Origin: Pseudomonadota bacterium
GTDB taxonomy: Bacteria; Bdellovibrionota; FAC87; UBA2466
Assembly: GCA_043767805.1 (NCBI GenBank)
Contig: JAYUGC010000036.1
Coordinates: forward strand, 18,875-82,874
Reading direction: 5' to 3'
Length of the DNA stretch: 64,000 nucleotides
The notes beneath the pieces were generated by a model. That model searched no databases and was not told where the DNA came from. It saw only the letters and a program-made list of their open reading frames with translations. Shown piece by piece: positions 19,209 to 28,764 of the stretch (within the stretch, counting starts at the first letter, position 1; every line of letters starts with the position of its first letter). Made by a program: the position numbers and the translations under genes.

Positions 19209-22200
19209 TTACTCGGCGGTCGCGGGAACCGTTTCTTTTTGCTGCTGGGCCGACTCACGCGCGGTTTTGGTCGCGCGCTCGGCGTCTGCCCATTGGCCTA
19301 GCTTCAAGTAGGATTCTGCGAGCTTGCGGTTCGCTTCCGTGTCCAGCTTGTGCGCGTTTTGGTACGCCTGATAGAAGGGTGCGGCTGACGCGTACTCGGC
19401 GCGCTGGAAGTAGTAATCTCCGACGAGCTTATTGAAGTAGTCCCCGCACGCGTTCGTATAGCCGGGAACGTCCGCTAGCATTCTCGCCATGCGGGGCGCG
19501 ACGGCAGCAAAGCGCCCAAGCTTCTGCTCGGCGCCGGTTTGGTAGCAATCCGTGATTTTGTCGGCGAGCTTGCGGTTCGAGCCGACCAAAGCAAGTACGC
19601 GGTTCGGCTCGCCCAGCTCCGTCCACGAGGAGAGCAGGAGATTTAAATGCGCCGGGCTCGGCGCGCCTTTCATCGCTTTCACTAAGGCGTCTCGGGCCGC
19701 TCCGTATTTCTGCGCTTTCAGATAGAGATAGCCGAGCCGGCCTTGGCGAATGGGGCTCTCGTCGCTTGTCGCGACGTAAGACTCGAGAAGGCGCGCGAAC
19801 TTCGCGGGCTGATTGCTTTCATTGAGCGAGACGAGAACATCATAGGCCGGATCTTCTTGCCCTTCGACGAGCTTTACGGCGGCAGGCTCGTAATGCGTGG
19901 TCAAGAAAGTCTGGGGTGACTCGGAATCGGGAACGCCGTCGTAGAAGAGCCGGCTTTGCCGGGTTTCCGCATAGGCGTTGCGATCGGTGTTCCACGACGA
20001 GCCTTCGGAAACTTTCAGGGCCGCGTCCCGGCTCATGACGAAGTGAGCAAGCAAGCTTCCGACCGAGCGGAAGGGCACGCCGGAGAGCTTCTGCGAGAAA
20101 CGAGTCTGCCGAGCCAGGCGATTGACCTCGGTGACGTTGAATTTCAGCGGTCGATTCGAGCCGATGAGAATCATCTCTTGATCGTTTTCTCCGCTAAACA
20201 CCGCGCCTTGAGGGAAGACGCCGTAGAAAGTCTTCAAGATGCTGCGAAGAGTGACCGTGTCCATGTTGTAGAGGTTCAGCCACTGCGAGTAGATGCCGTT
20301 CGGGGCAAGGTTGCCCTGCACGATCTCGAAAAACTCCTTCGTGAACAGATTCGCCGCGCCCGCGAGCCACGACTGCGACGGCTGAGAGACGATGATGTCC
20401 CACGGCGCTCCAGCTTTGGTGGCCAGCACGTAGCGCGCATCCTCTACGGAGAGATCCAGGTTTCTGCGCTTTAAGATCGGGTTGTTTCCGCCGTGGGCTT
20501 TCTTGGAGGCTTCGAGGATGGCGTTCTCGAGCTCCACGACCCGGACTTTGGCGAGGGGCAAGGACGTCAGTAAGTCGACCGTGAAACCGCCGCCGTAGCC
20601 GACGACGAAAGCCCGCTTCGGGCTTTCGCTCAAAGTGTAAGGAAGGATGCCGAGCAAGGCTTCGTAGCGGGGCAATTCGTTGAGGTTTCCGATGTGATAA
20701 ATCGATTCGTTCAAGCCGTTTGTTTTGAGGCGCAAATAGTTGCGGTACGACTCGCCGTCTTTCGGATCGTGGGTGAGTGTGATGAGGCTCGTCTCGCCTT
20801 CTTTGATCCACACGAACTGTTCATAGTTGGACGCGAACGTTCTGAGCGTTTGGGTGAGCGTCGCCCCGCCTTCGATGCGCTGGGAGTAAGCGGACTTCAC
20901 GATGTTCGAGAAATCGACTTTGATGACGAGAATGAGAGCTAAAGCGGGAAGGGCGGCAAGGGTCCAGCGCGCCGGCTTCGGGCTCCACATCCAGAGAGCG
21001 AGCACCACTCCGCCCAGCAGGAGCGCCGAGGCGAGTTGAATGGTGAGGGAAGAGCCGAAGGCCGGCACGAGCACCACGCCCGCGAGATAGGAGCCGACGA
21101 TCGCGCCCAGAGTATTTGCGCTATACGCCCACGAGACCGAGCGAGAAGCGGCCGGACCGTCTTCCGAAAGTAACTTCACCGTAAGCGGAAAAAGCGCGCC
21201 GAAGCAAATCGTCGCGGGAAGCAGCGCGATGGTGCTGAACAAGCACTTTAAACCCAGTAGCGACATGCCGGTCGCCGATCCCCGGCTCAAATAGTAGCCC
21301 GCGAGATGAGTCATGAGCGGCAAGCCGTTCAGCCAGGCGGTCGCAAGCGTCGTGAACGCGGCGGCGCCGGCGAGCAGACCGATAAGCCAAGCAGTACGAT
21401 TTTGCGAGCGCAAAAGCCAGTAGCGGCAAGCCCACGCGCCGAGCGCGAGACCAAAAAGATACGTCGATAAAACGAGGCCCAAGCCGTAGACGTTATTACC
21501 GAGATAAATGCCGAGGTACTTGTTCCAAACCACTTCCGCGACGAGGGAGCTGAAACCGCAAAGGGTGGTGAGACCGACGAGTACCCAAGAGCGCCGGGCT
21601 ATGCGGCCCCCGAACACGGGCTCCGCCGGTGGCGCGGGAGCAAAGCGCGCGGGCGCGAAAAACGCGGCGCCGGCGATGAGAAAGTTCACGAGAGCCGCGG
21701 TGAGGTTCGCGCCGATGACTCCGAAGCGCGGCAAAAGAAGAAAGCTCGCGCCGAGCGCGCCCGCGACGGCGCCGAAGGTGTTGATCGCGTACCAATGGCT
21801 GACGCCGTCCCGGGAGCCCGAGCGCAGAGTCGGTAGCGCGCGCACTAATATGGGAAGCGTTGCTCCCATGGCGACCGTCGCCGGAGTCAGGAGAAGGGCG
21901 ACGACGAAAAATTTAATGGGGTGACTGAGCCACGCGGCGTTTCCCTCGGCGGGAAGCCAGGCGAGGATTTGCGAAAAGTGCAGAAGCGGAAAGAGCACGA
22001 GCGCGCCGTAGAGACCGAGGGCGCCTTCCACCATTCCATACAAGCGAAGCGGCGGAATTTTGCCGCGGTACCGGCCGGCCCAAAAACTTCCCGCCGATAA
22101 GCCGAGAAAGAAAAGCGCGAGCACGACACTCAACGCCCGGGTGGTCGAACCAATCCCGAGGGAAAGAACTCTAATCCAGAGGGTTTCGTAAATGAGGCTC

Positions 22201-22247
22201 GCGGCCCCGGAGAAGAAGAACAGAAGACTAAGGCTCCAACTCAGCAT
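19209..22247 (-). CDS. Fused membrane (MFS-like) / spermidine synthase protein with C-terminal TPR-like region
   Basis: FFFSGAASLIYE, MGATLP, YAINTFGAV.G; VVGYGGG, VELE, DAR, NLFTKEFF. Confidence 0.85.
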   Translation of the reverse strand: MLSWSLSLLFFFSGAASLIYETLWIRVLSLGIGSTTRALSVVLALFFLGLSAGSFWAGRYRGKIPPLRLYGMVEGALGLYGALVLFPLLHFSQILAWLPAEGNAAWLSHPIKFFVVALLLTPATVAMGATLPILVRALPTLRSGSRDGVSHWYAINTFGAVAGALGASFLLLPRFGVIGANLTAALVNFLIAGAAFFAPARFAPAPPAEPVFGGRIARRSWVLVGLTTLCGFSSLVAEVVWNKYLGIYLGNNVYGLGLVLSTYLFGLALGAWACRYWLLRSQNRTAWLIGLLAGAAAFTTLATAWLNGLPLMTHLAGYYLSRGSATGMSLLGLKCLFSTIALLPATICFGALFPLTVKLLSEDGPAASRSVSWAYSANTLGAIVGSYLAGVVLVPAFGSSLTIQLASALLLGGVVLALWMWSPKPARWTLAALPALALILVIKVDFSNIVKSAYSQRIEGGATLTQTLRTFASNYEQFVWIKEGETSLITLTHDPKDGESYRNYLRLKTNGLNESIYHIGNLNELPRYEALLGILPYTLSESPKRAFVVGYGGGFTVDLLTSLPLAKVRVVELENAILEASKKAHGGNNPILKRRNLDLSVEDARYVLATKAGAPWDIIVSQPSQSWLAGAANLFTKEFFEIVQGNLAPNGIYSQWLNLYNMDTVTLRSILKTFYGVFPQGAVFSGENDQEMILIGSNRPLKFNVTEVNRLARQTRFSQKLSGVPFRSVGSLLAHFVMSRDAALKVSEGSSWNTDRNAYAETRQSRLFYDGVPDSESPQTFLTTHYEPAAVKLVEGQEDPAYDVLVSLNESNQPAKFARLLESYVATSDESPIRQGRLGYLYLKAQKYGAARDALVKAMKGAPSPAHLNLLLSSWTELGEPNRVLALVGSNRKLADKITDCYQTGAEQKLGRFAAVAPRMARMLADVPGYTNACGDYFNKLVGDYYFQRAEYASAAPFYQAYQNAHKLDTEANRKLAESYLKLGQWADAERATKTARESAQQQKETVPATAE

Positions 22248-22261
22248 CCTACCAACCCCAT

Positions 22262-22296
22262 AAAAAAAGCGAGGGCGGGGAGTTCCCGCCCTCGCT
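22262..22296 (-). terminator. Rho-independent terminator between the Cys/Pro-rich gene and the fused spermidine synthase gene
   Basis: AGCGAGGGCGGG-AACTC-CCCGCCCTCGCT followed by a T-run. Confidence 0.85.
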
Positions 22297-22308
22297 CAAG
22301 AAGGAATA

Positions 22309-24243
22309 TCAGAACTCGAGGAACGCGTCCAAGCCAGCGTCGCTGTTCGCCATGGGCATGCCCATCGGCATGGGCTCAGGGCCGGGACCGGGCTCCATCG
22401 GCATGGGGCTCGGACCAGGATTGGGCATCGGGCTTGGTCCGGGGCCGGGACCCGGATTCGGGTTCGGATTCGGGTTGGGCATTGGCTGAGGCCCAGGCAT
22501 CGGACCCGGGTTCGGGTTCGGATTGGGCATCGGCATGGGGCCCGGATTTGGGTTCGGATTCGGGTTGGGCATTGGCTGAGGCCCAGGCATCGGACCCGGA
22601 TTCGGGTTCGGATTGGGCATCGGCATCGGACCCGGCATCGGTTCCGGTCCGGGCCCAGGCATGGGGTTCGGCATCGGATTCGGATTCGGCATCGGGTTCG
22701 GCATGGGATTGGGCATCGGCATGGGGCCGGGGCCAGGTCCGGGCATCGGGAACGGATTCGGATGCGGTCCGGGCATGGGGCCAGGTCCGGGCATCGGTCC
22801 GGGGCCCGGCATGGGTCCCGGCATCGGATGGGGATTCGGATTCGGCATCGGGTGCAGATTCGGCACGCAAGAGTTGGAGCCGGGCGACCAGTGAGTGCCG
22901 GGTCCGCAGATCTTGTTGTGCGGGATCAGATTACAACCGCCGCCGAAGTATCTGTAACCGGGAGGACAGTAAGGATGATTGGAAACGCATCCGCCGTGTT
23001 CCCAGTGGCTTCCAGGTCCACAATGTTTCTGCGTCGGAACGCAAGATTGCGAGCCGGGATTCCAGTAGTGGTGATTCGGGCAGTAGCCGTGGTGGCTGAT
23101 GCAGCTACCGAAGTGCGGATCGTAATACTGATTCGGTCCGCAAGACGTCGGCCAGAGAGAAATACAGCCCAGCGTGGCCCAAGAATACTTGAAGCCGATG
23201 GAGCAGCTGTACGGAAGGCGCGTGCAATGTCCGTAGTAACTGTCCCAAGAGTAGTTCCAAGGACAACGAGGCGCGCTGGCCGGCTGACATTGCGAGCTAT
23301 AGGGATCGAAGTACCAACCGGGCAAGCAGCTGATACTTGGGGGCGGTTGCGGATACTGAACGCAGTTATTGCTCGAGGGCTCGTAGTACGTTCCCGCGGG
23401 GCAATCGATTTGCGCTTCTTGTACGCAGAAGCCTTGGGCTTCGTCGTAGTAGTAACCGGCCGGGCAGCTGGGCGCGGGGCCAGGCAACGGGCCGGGGCCC
23501 GGGTTCGGATTCGGCGCGACGGCGTCGTTGATGGTCAGCTGGAACTGGCGGTAGGAAAGATTTCCATCCGGATCGGTCAGCTGCACCGAGAAGTAATGAG
23601 AGCCGGCGACCGTGCCGCGGCCCTTTAGTACCGTGCGAAATTCGTTGTCGATCGGAGTGAGAGCGAAATCATCCGGAAACTCTCCGGTGAAAAGCTCCGA
23701 CTGGACCGAGGGGGCGCTGTCCTTATCGAAACTGATGTCAGTTTGATAGAGCTTGCCGACCGTCGCTTCGGGAAGAATGCGATCGGTGGAGAACTTCGGA
23801 AAGAGAAAGTTATCGTTCTCGTCTCCGAAGAAGCACATCTCGCGGAAGATGGCGTCCTGGCCTTGCGGCCGGGCGGAAGCGACTAGACACCAATGTTGCG
23901 TGAAGAGAGGAGTACCGAAGATGAGCGCTTTGCTCGCCGTCGTTTGCTCGAGCTCGAGGCCCGGCGGTAAATCACCGTACGCGATGGTCCATTCAATTGG
24001 GACCCCAGCGGGCGCATCCGAGAGAGTCAGTTCGGTCTGGGACTCTTCGCCGTATTTCACGCGAAGGGTGTCGTCGTGCACCTGAATGACGGGGGCAGCG
24101 GCCGCCCTCGCTTCGGTTGCGGTTGATTCGCTCTGGTTGTTCCAAACCCTAAATTGGCTGGTGCCAGAGGCGGTAAAGCCCATCAGCATGGCGACTGATA
24201 GGAATGCCAATCCTAATTTTTTTTTCATCTGAAGTTTCTTCAC
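22309..24243 (-). CDS. Secreted protein: Ig-like domains, ten Cys-pair repeats, Pro/Met/Asn/Gly-rich tail
   Basis: Signal peptide; GDLPPGL.L..I.GTP Ig-like motif; CPxGxxY/W..C repeats; (PMPNPNPNPG)n; GTG 24243 (or ATG 24228). Confidence 0.8.
   Translation of the reverse strand: MKKLQMKKKLGLAFLSVAMLMGFTASGTSQFRVWNNQSESTATEARAAAAPVIQVHDDTLRVKYGEESQTELTLSDAPAGVPIEWTIAYGDLPPGLELEQTTASKALIFGTPLFTQHWCLVASARPQGQDAIFREMCFFGDENDNFLFPKFSTDRILPEATVGKLYQTDISFDKDSAPSVQSELFTGEFPDDFALTPIDNEFRTVLKGRGTVAGSHYFSVQLTDPDGNLSYRQFQLTINDAVAPNPNPGPGPLPGPAPSCPAGYYYDEAQGFCVQEAQIDCPAGTYYEPSSNNCVQYPQPPPSISCLPGWYFDPYSSQCQPASAPRCPWNYSWDSYYGHCTRLPYSCSIGFKYSWATLGCISLWPTSCGPNQYYDPHFGSCISHHGYCPNHHYWNPGSQSCVPTQKHCGPGSHWEHGGCVSNHPYCPPGYRYFGGGCNLIPHNKICGPGTHWSPGSNSCVPNLHPMPNPNPHPMPGPMPGPGPMPGPGPMPGPHPNPFPMPGPGPGPMPMPNPMPNPMPNPNPMPNPMPGPGPEPMPGPMPMPNPNPNPGPMPGPQPMPNPNPNPNPGPMPMPNPNPNPGPMPGPQPMPNPNPNPNPGPGPGPSPMPNPGPSPMPMEPGPGPEPMPMGMPMANSDAGLDAFLEF
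22330..22866 (-). repeat. Coding low-complexity repeat (Pro-X dipeptides)
   Basis: Hexamer periodicity; exact 50-nt duplication at 22460-22509 and 22550-22599. Confidence 0.9.
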
Positions 24244-24292
24244 TGTGAGACCCCCAAAATTTAATTTCGCTCTCGCGATGAATCTGTGCGAA

Positions 24293-24308
24293 AGCAATTC
24301 CGATACCA
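24293..24308 (-). promoter_or_regulatory. sigma54 -24/-12 promoter
   Basis: TGGTAT-CGGAA-TTGCT about 50 nt upstream of the Cys/Pro-rich gene. Confidence 0.65.
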
Positions 24309-24490
24309 AACCGAAGAAAACTGCCGCTGATGTTCGCTTTGTGAGGGAAACAGTACACATTCGATGAGGGTCCGCAACGGACCGGCTCGTCATGGCTCGG
24401 AAAAACTTACTTCTTCGTCGGAGCAATTCGGCACCATTTCTAAGACGCATAAGCGACGGAAAAAATGGCTCAACGAATCAGTGTGGCGTT

Positions 24491-25210
24491 TTAAACGGGA
24501 GTGTTGCGAGCCAGAGCGTGAGGAGCGGGTGGGGCAAAGTACTCTGTGACGCAATGAATCAAGTGGAGACACCCCGTGTATTTACCGGGACGAAGGATGA
24601 GCTCCTTTTCATTTAAGCGCACGATCCACTCCCAACCGGTCTTTGAGAGATAGCGAATGCGAGCGTGATCTTCTTCTTCGATGACTTCTCCGCCCGTTTT
24701 GGAGGCGTAGGCTTCAAACTTTCGCACCAGGTCATCGAAGTCGGGCTCGCCTAAGAGCGGAAGCACCACTTCCTGAAAGCTCACCGGAAAGAGAGAGTCG
24801 AACTCCCGGGGGAGAGCCGCCGGCGGAACGTTTAACCGGAGCGTGCGCACGGTGCGTACTTGCGCGGGGTCCTCGGGATCTTGACCTGAGTCGATGGAGA
24901 ACCAAAACGAAGCCGTCTCCACCGAGCCCGCGCCTTCCGCCGCCGAGCGCTCGACCTCGTCGCGTACGAGGCCCAAAAGCAGCTTCGCATTTTGATAAAT
25001 CTTTTGCGTCTCCGCGCGCACCGACTCCTCAAAGAGCGTGCGCACCCAGGTGTCGGCGGATACGTGCACGCGGTCGGGGACCCGGTGTTTGTTGCGATCA
25101 AAGCCCGGCACCCAAGTCACGGGGTGGCACTGCACGCTTCTCAAGTAAGCTTTTTCGGCATCGATACTCACGTCGAGCCGGGCTGGCGTTGGTTTCGCGG
25201 ACTTCTTCAC
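24491..25210 (-). CDS. Hypothetical protein
   Basis: 239-aa ORF with globular composition filling the gap between genes. Confidence 0.7.
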   Translation of the reverse strand: MKKSAKPTPARLDVSIDAEKAYLRSVQCHPVTWVPGFDRNKHRVPDRVHVSADTWVRTLFEESVRAETQKIYQNAKLLLGLVRDEVERSAAEGAGSVETASFWFSIDSGQDPEDPAQVRTVRTLRLNVPPAALPREFDSLFPVSFQEVVLPLLGEPDFDDLVRKFEAYASKTGGEVIEEEDHARIRYLSKTGWEWIVRLNEKELILRPGKYTGCLHLIHCVTEYFAPPAPHALARNTPV

Positions 25211-25294
25211 TGGGAAGCAATATGCCCTAGAGAGGCGCCGCGAGGAAGGATCGAAATCCCCTTAGAGGGAGGCGGCGGTGGGAAGCGCCGGAAG

Positions 25295-26374
25295 TTAAAA
25301 AGACGGCTTGGAGCGAGCGAGTCTGGCCAAGACCCAGCCTCGCACGGTGAGCATGGGCAACTCGACCAGCAGATAGGTCGCCGACGCGATGAGTACGCAT
25401 GCGATGAGCCAGGCGGAAATATTGGCCCACCAGTTACCTGCGAAAGGCGAGCGCTTCTCGAACAGTCTAAGGAGTAACCAAAACCAGAGATAAACGCCGT
25501 AGGAAATCTTCGCAATCCAGTGGACGGCGGACTTCACGAAGCTAGGTAGGGGCATCTCGTAGTGATACGTCGCGACGAGTAGCGTCCCGAAGCCGGCGGC
25601 GAGAAGCGTGTAATAGAAACTCATTCCCAGTTTTCCGGTGACTTGCCCTGTGAACGAGGCGCCAATGAGACCCGCTATAAGGAGAGAGACGAACAGGCAC
25701 AGCGCCTGTTTTTTCGCGTTCCAAACGCTCCATTGGGGAAAGGTTCTAGCTAGGAAAATCCCCATGGAAATGCCGTCGAGATGGAGGTGAGTCTCCCAGC
25801 CGAAGAAATGGCCTTCGCTCAAATCGAAAAAGGGCCTGAGGCCGAAGGCGGTGCTGGCGCGCCAGGCGGTGCTGAAAACCAAGGGAAAAAGCCAAAACCA
25901 CGGGGGCATGTCTCTTACCCGTCTCACCAAGAGTAAGAGGGGGAAAGCTAAGTAAAAGTGTTCCTCGACGCAAAGAGACCAGCTCTGAATGAAATCGAAA
26001 TTGGAAACGTAGTTCTGAGCGAAAAGCAGGTAGGTAGCCCCTGCCCCTCTAAAGGGGAACCCAAGCAGTTTCGGCTTGATGAACACGTAGACGAAAAGAA
26101 CGAAGCCGTAGAGAGGAATCGTGCGCAGCCAGCGTTGGGCCCAAAAGATCGCCAAGGTATTGCCGGGGCGGTCGAAGGTCAGCGCGAACGCCTGTCTTCC
26201 GATGAGAAATCCAGAGAGCACGAAGAAGAGATCGACCCCGCTCCATCCGTAGGAGGCCAGGCGACTGAAAGCAGGGCTGATGCCCGGGAGATCGCCGCCG
26301 TGGAAAAGGAGAACGCCGCCAATGGCGAGCACCCGCAGGATATCCAAGTTCAAATTGCGGGAGCTCGAAGTCAT
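25295..26374 (-). CDS. Acyltransferase family 3 (OafA-like)
   Basis: LDILR..A, GVDLFFVLSGFLI, WSLCVEEHFY, SYGVYL, VE.P. Confidence 0.92.
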   Translation of the reverse strand: MTSSSRNLNLDILRVLAIGGVLLFHGGDLPGISPAFSRLASYGWSGVDLFFVLSGFLIGRQAFALTFDRPGNTLAIFWAQRWLRTIPLYGFVLFVYVFIKPKLLGFPFRGAGATYLLFAQNYVSNFDFIQSWSLCVEEHFYLAFPLLLLVRRVRDMPPWFWLFPLVFSTAWRASTAFGLRPFFDLSEGHFFGWETHLHLDGISMGIFLARTFPQWSVWNAKKQALCLFVSLLIAGLIGASFTGQVTGKLGMSFYYTLLAAGFGTLLVATYHYEMPLPSFVKSAVHWIAKISYGVYLWFWLLLRLFEKRSPFAGNWWANISAWLIACVLIASATYLLVELPMLTVRGWVLARLARSKPSF

Positions 26375-26456
26375 GAAAATAGTAGGAACGGAGGAGGCGG
26401 GGGCGAGCTTCTATTTTACACTGGGCGGCCGGCTTATTTTGACGCGTCGAGAGGGG

Positions 26457-26939
26457 TTACTGCGGGAGCAGCGCCTGAATCTGAGCCTCCAAGGATTCGG
26501 GCTTGGCCTGCGGCGAAAGGCGCGCGACCACGGTTCCGTCAGGGCCGATGAGAAATTTCGTGAAATTCCATTTGATGCCGCTCGTGCCGAGAAACCCTTT
26601 CTCCTCGTGCTTCAAATATTCGTAAAGCGGATGGGCATTGCCGCCGTTGACGTCGATTTTCGCGAAAAGCGGAAAGCTAATCTGAAAGCGGCTCTCGCAA
26701 AACGACTTGATCTGCGCGTCCGTTCCGGGCTCCTGACCGCCGAACTGATTGCAGGGGAAGGCCAGTACCTCGAAGCCGCGGTCTTTGTACTTCTTATGAA
26801 GTTCCTCGAGACCGGAGTATTGGGCGGTGAAACCGCATTCGCTGGCGACGTTGACGACGAGCAGCACCTTTCCCCGGTAAGAGGAGAGGGTGGTCTCGCT
26901 ACCGTCGTTCGTCTTAACCTTAAAGTCGTAAATACTCAT
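26457..26939 (-). CDS. Cys-type glutathione peroxidase
   Basis: NVASECG, FPCNQFG, KWNFTKFL. Confidence 0.95.
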   Translation of the reverse strand: MSIYDFKVKTNDGSETTLSSYRGKVLLVVNVASECGFTAQYSGLEELHKKYKDRGFEVLAFPCNQFGGQEPGTDAQIKSFCESRFQISFPLFAKIDVNGGNAHPLYEYLKHEEKGFLGTSGIKWNFTKFLIGPDGTVVARLSPQAKPESLEAQIQALLPQ

Positions 26940-26972
26940 CGGGGCACACTAGCACTGCGACAATCGCTCCGG

Positions 26973-28670
26973 CTAGAACTTGTGAGCTTTGAGAAATTTA
27001 GAAAGGAGAAACGGCTCGCTGGGCACGGGCTCTTTGCGGAACTCGGAGACCGGAGCACCCGAGACGTCTCTCAGCTGAAAATGAACGAGGTTATGGCTAA
27101 GCGTCGCGAGCTTTGGGAAAAAGGCCGCGGCGTAGGCATTCGTACCTACGCGAAGATACGGGCCGACCTCACTCATTGGCTTACCGTGCACGCGAATGTC
27201 CTTTAGGCGGTTCAGAAAAGGGAGGCCCTTCGGGTTTCGGGTAAAAGTAAGCGAGTCGCTGAAGGTGAGCGCGAAGTGCGGCGATATCCAGCGATACGCT
27301 TCCAAAAGCTGTAGCAGCAAAACGAAATCTTCTTTTGAGAACGTCGAGGTGACGATAGGGGAGCCCAAGCTGAAATCGTCTCCGAAGCCGATGGAGAGCA
27401 CTCGAAAGAGATCGGAAAATTGATAAGGTGTCGGTTTGCCGCCTACGAGAGGCAGATTTTCCCGGATGAGACTTCGCGCCGTGAAGTACACGTCGACCGG
27501 AGGGCTCGCCGTTTGGTTGAGCGTCTCGCGAATGCCCGACATCACCAAGGGACCAAGGCCTTCCCCCGTCTCCCAGTTTTGCTCGAGGGTTTTGTGAACC
27601 GTGACCACAGGCGTGTCGTACTCGAACCCCGCGGGCTTTAACTTCGCAGCAAGCTCTTTCTTATAGGAAGCGATCTGCGCGAGAATAACGGGATCCGCCA
27701 CCACCGAGTCGTCGATTTTCCGATAGGTCGCGCCCTCGTTTCTTAAAGAGAGCCCCTTTTCACCGGTCTCAAGCTCCAGCACACCTAGATACTTGCCGTA
27801 GTTTCCGGCTTGGGCGACGAGAGTCGTTCCGGCGCGTACCGGAGTTTCATAAAGTTTGTGAGTGTGCCCGGAAACGACGAGATCGATTCCCGGCACTTTG
27901 CCAAGCGCCACGTCTTGAGGCGCGCCTCCGTGCACTAGCGCAATGACGAGACCCACTCCTTTTTCACGGTGTAATTGCTCCGCCCGTGATTTTGCTAGCG
28001 CGAGAAAATCGTCGAGCTTTGGCTGAGCCGATAGGTCGTCGAAGCCGACGACGTGATTGGGGCCACGGCTACTGGCGCAATCTCGCGCGGCATCGGGACT
28101 CAAAAATCCGAGAATAGCCACGCGAAGCGTTTGCCCGTGGTAGGTGAGTGCTTTGATGACTTCCCTGGGGATTTCATTCAGTGCGGCGCCTTCGCTTCGA
28201 AGGGCGTTCGTCACGACGAGATTTGCTAAACCGAACTTCGCCTTGCCCTTCGCGAGCATCGCCGCGAGGCCCCCATTTCCCGCATCGAACTCGTGATTGC
28301 CGAAAGTGACGGCGTCATACCCGACGTCATGAAAGAAAGAGAGCTCGGGAACCGAGGGGGACCCCGCTACCGGCCCCAAACCGTGGAACAAGGAGCCCGA
28401 GAAAAAATCGCCCGCGTCGACCAGTAGGACCGGCTCGCCTTCGTTTTCCTTTTGCGCGCGCATAGCGCGAATGACACTGGCGAGCCGGGCATAATGCCCT
28501 TGGATGGGGTCGCCATCTCCGGCTTTGGCGGAAAAGAGCGCGTCGGGGCCGCTTCCCTCGAAATGAGAATGCAGATCGTTCGTGTGGAGCACGGTGAGGC
28601 GAAATGCCTCGGCGCCCCGGCACGAGAACCCGATTCCGAAAAGAATCAGGAAAAAGAAAGAAGGCCGCAT
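26973..28670 (-). CDS. Secreted metallophosphatase / 5'-nucleotidase
   Basis: HTNDLH, DAGD, GNHEFD, SGHTH; signal peptide. Confidence 0.88.
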   Translation of the reverse strand: MRPSFFFLILFGIGFSCRGAEAFRLTVLHTNDLHSHFEGSGPDALFSAKAGDGDPIQGHYARLASVIRAMRAQKENEGEPVLLVDAGDFFSGSLFHGLGPVAGSPSVPELSFFHDVGYDAVTFGNHEFDAGNGGLAAMLAKGKAKFGLANLVVTNALRSEGAALNEIPREVIKALTYHGQTLRVAILGFLSPDAARDCASSRGPNHVVGFDDLSAQPKLDDFLALAKSRAEQLHREKGVGLVIALVHGGAPQDVALGKVPGIDLVVSGHTHKLYETPVRAGTTLVAQAGNYGKYLGVLELETGEKGLSLRNEGATYRKIDDSVVADPVILAQIASYKKELAAKLKPAGFEYDTPVVTVHKTLEQNWETGEGLGPLVMSGIRETLNQTASPPVDVYFTARSLIRENLPLVGGKPTPYQFSDLFRVLSIGFGDDFSLGSPIVTSTFSKEDFVLLLQLLEAYRWISPHFALTFSDSLTFTRNPKGLPFLNRLKDIRVHGKPMSEVGPYLRVGTNAYAAAFFPKLATLSHNLVHFQLRDVSGAPVSEFRKEPVPSEPFLLSKFLKAHKF

Positions 28671-28710
28671 TGCGTTTAAGCAGTATCACGTCGGCTGAGT
28701 CCGGAAAAGG

Positions 28711-28726
28711 CGGCACCCTTGTTGCA
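28711..28726 (+). promoter_or_regulatory. sigma54 -24/-12 promoter
   Basis: CGGCAC-CCTTG-TTGCA upstream of the PRTase gene. Confidence 0.7.
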
Positions 28727-28764
28727 AAACAATAGCTAGGAAGCACAACTGGGAGACCGAGACG

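Noticed and set aside
22330..22900. Repeat array that might be CRISPR; GIGIG-rich and DSGSD-rich ORFs on the plus strand
   Set aside because: Codon-periodic coding repeats of the Pro-rich tail; no constant repeat with unique spacers and no cas genes; the plus-strand ORFs are antisense shadows
26457..26939. Selenocysteine recoding in gpx or the FdhF-like gene
   Set aside because: Active-site codons are Cys; no in-frame TGA
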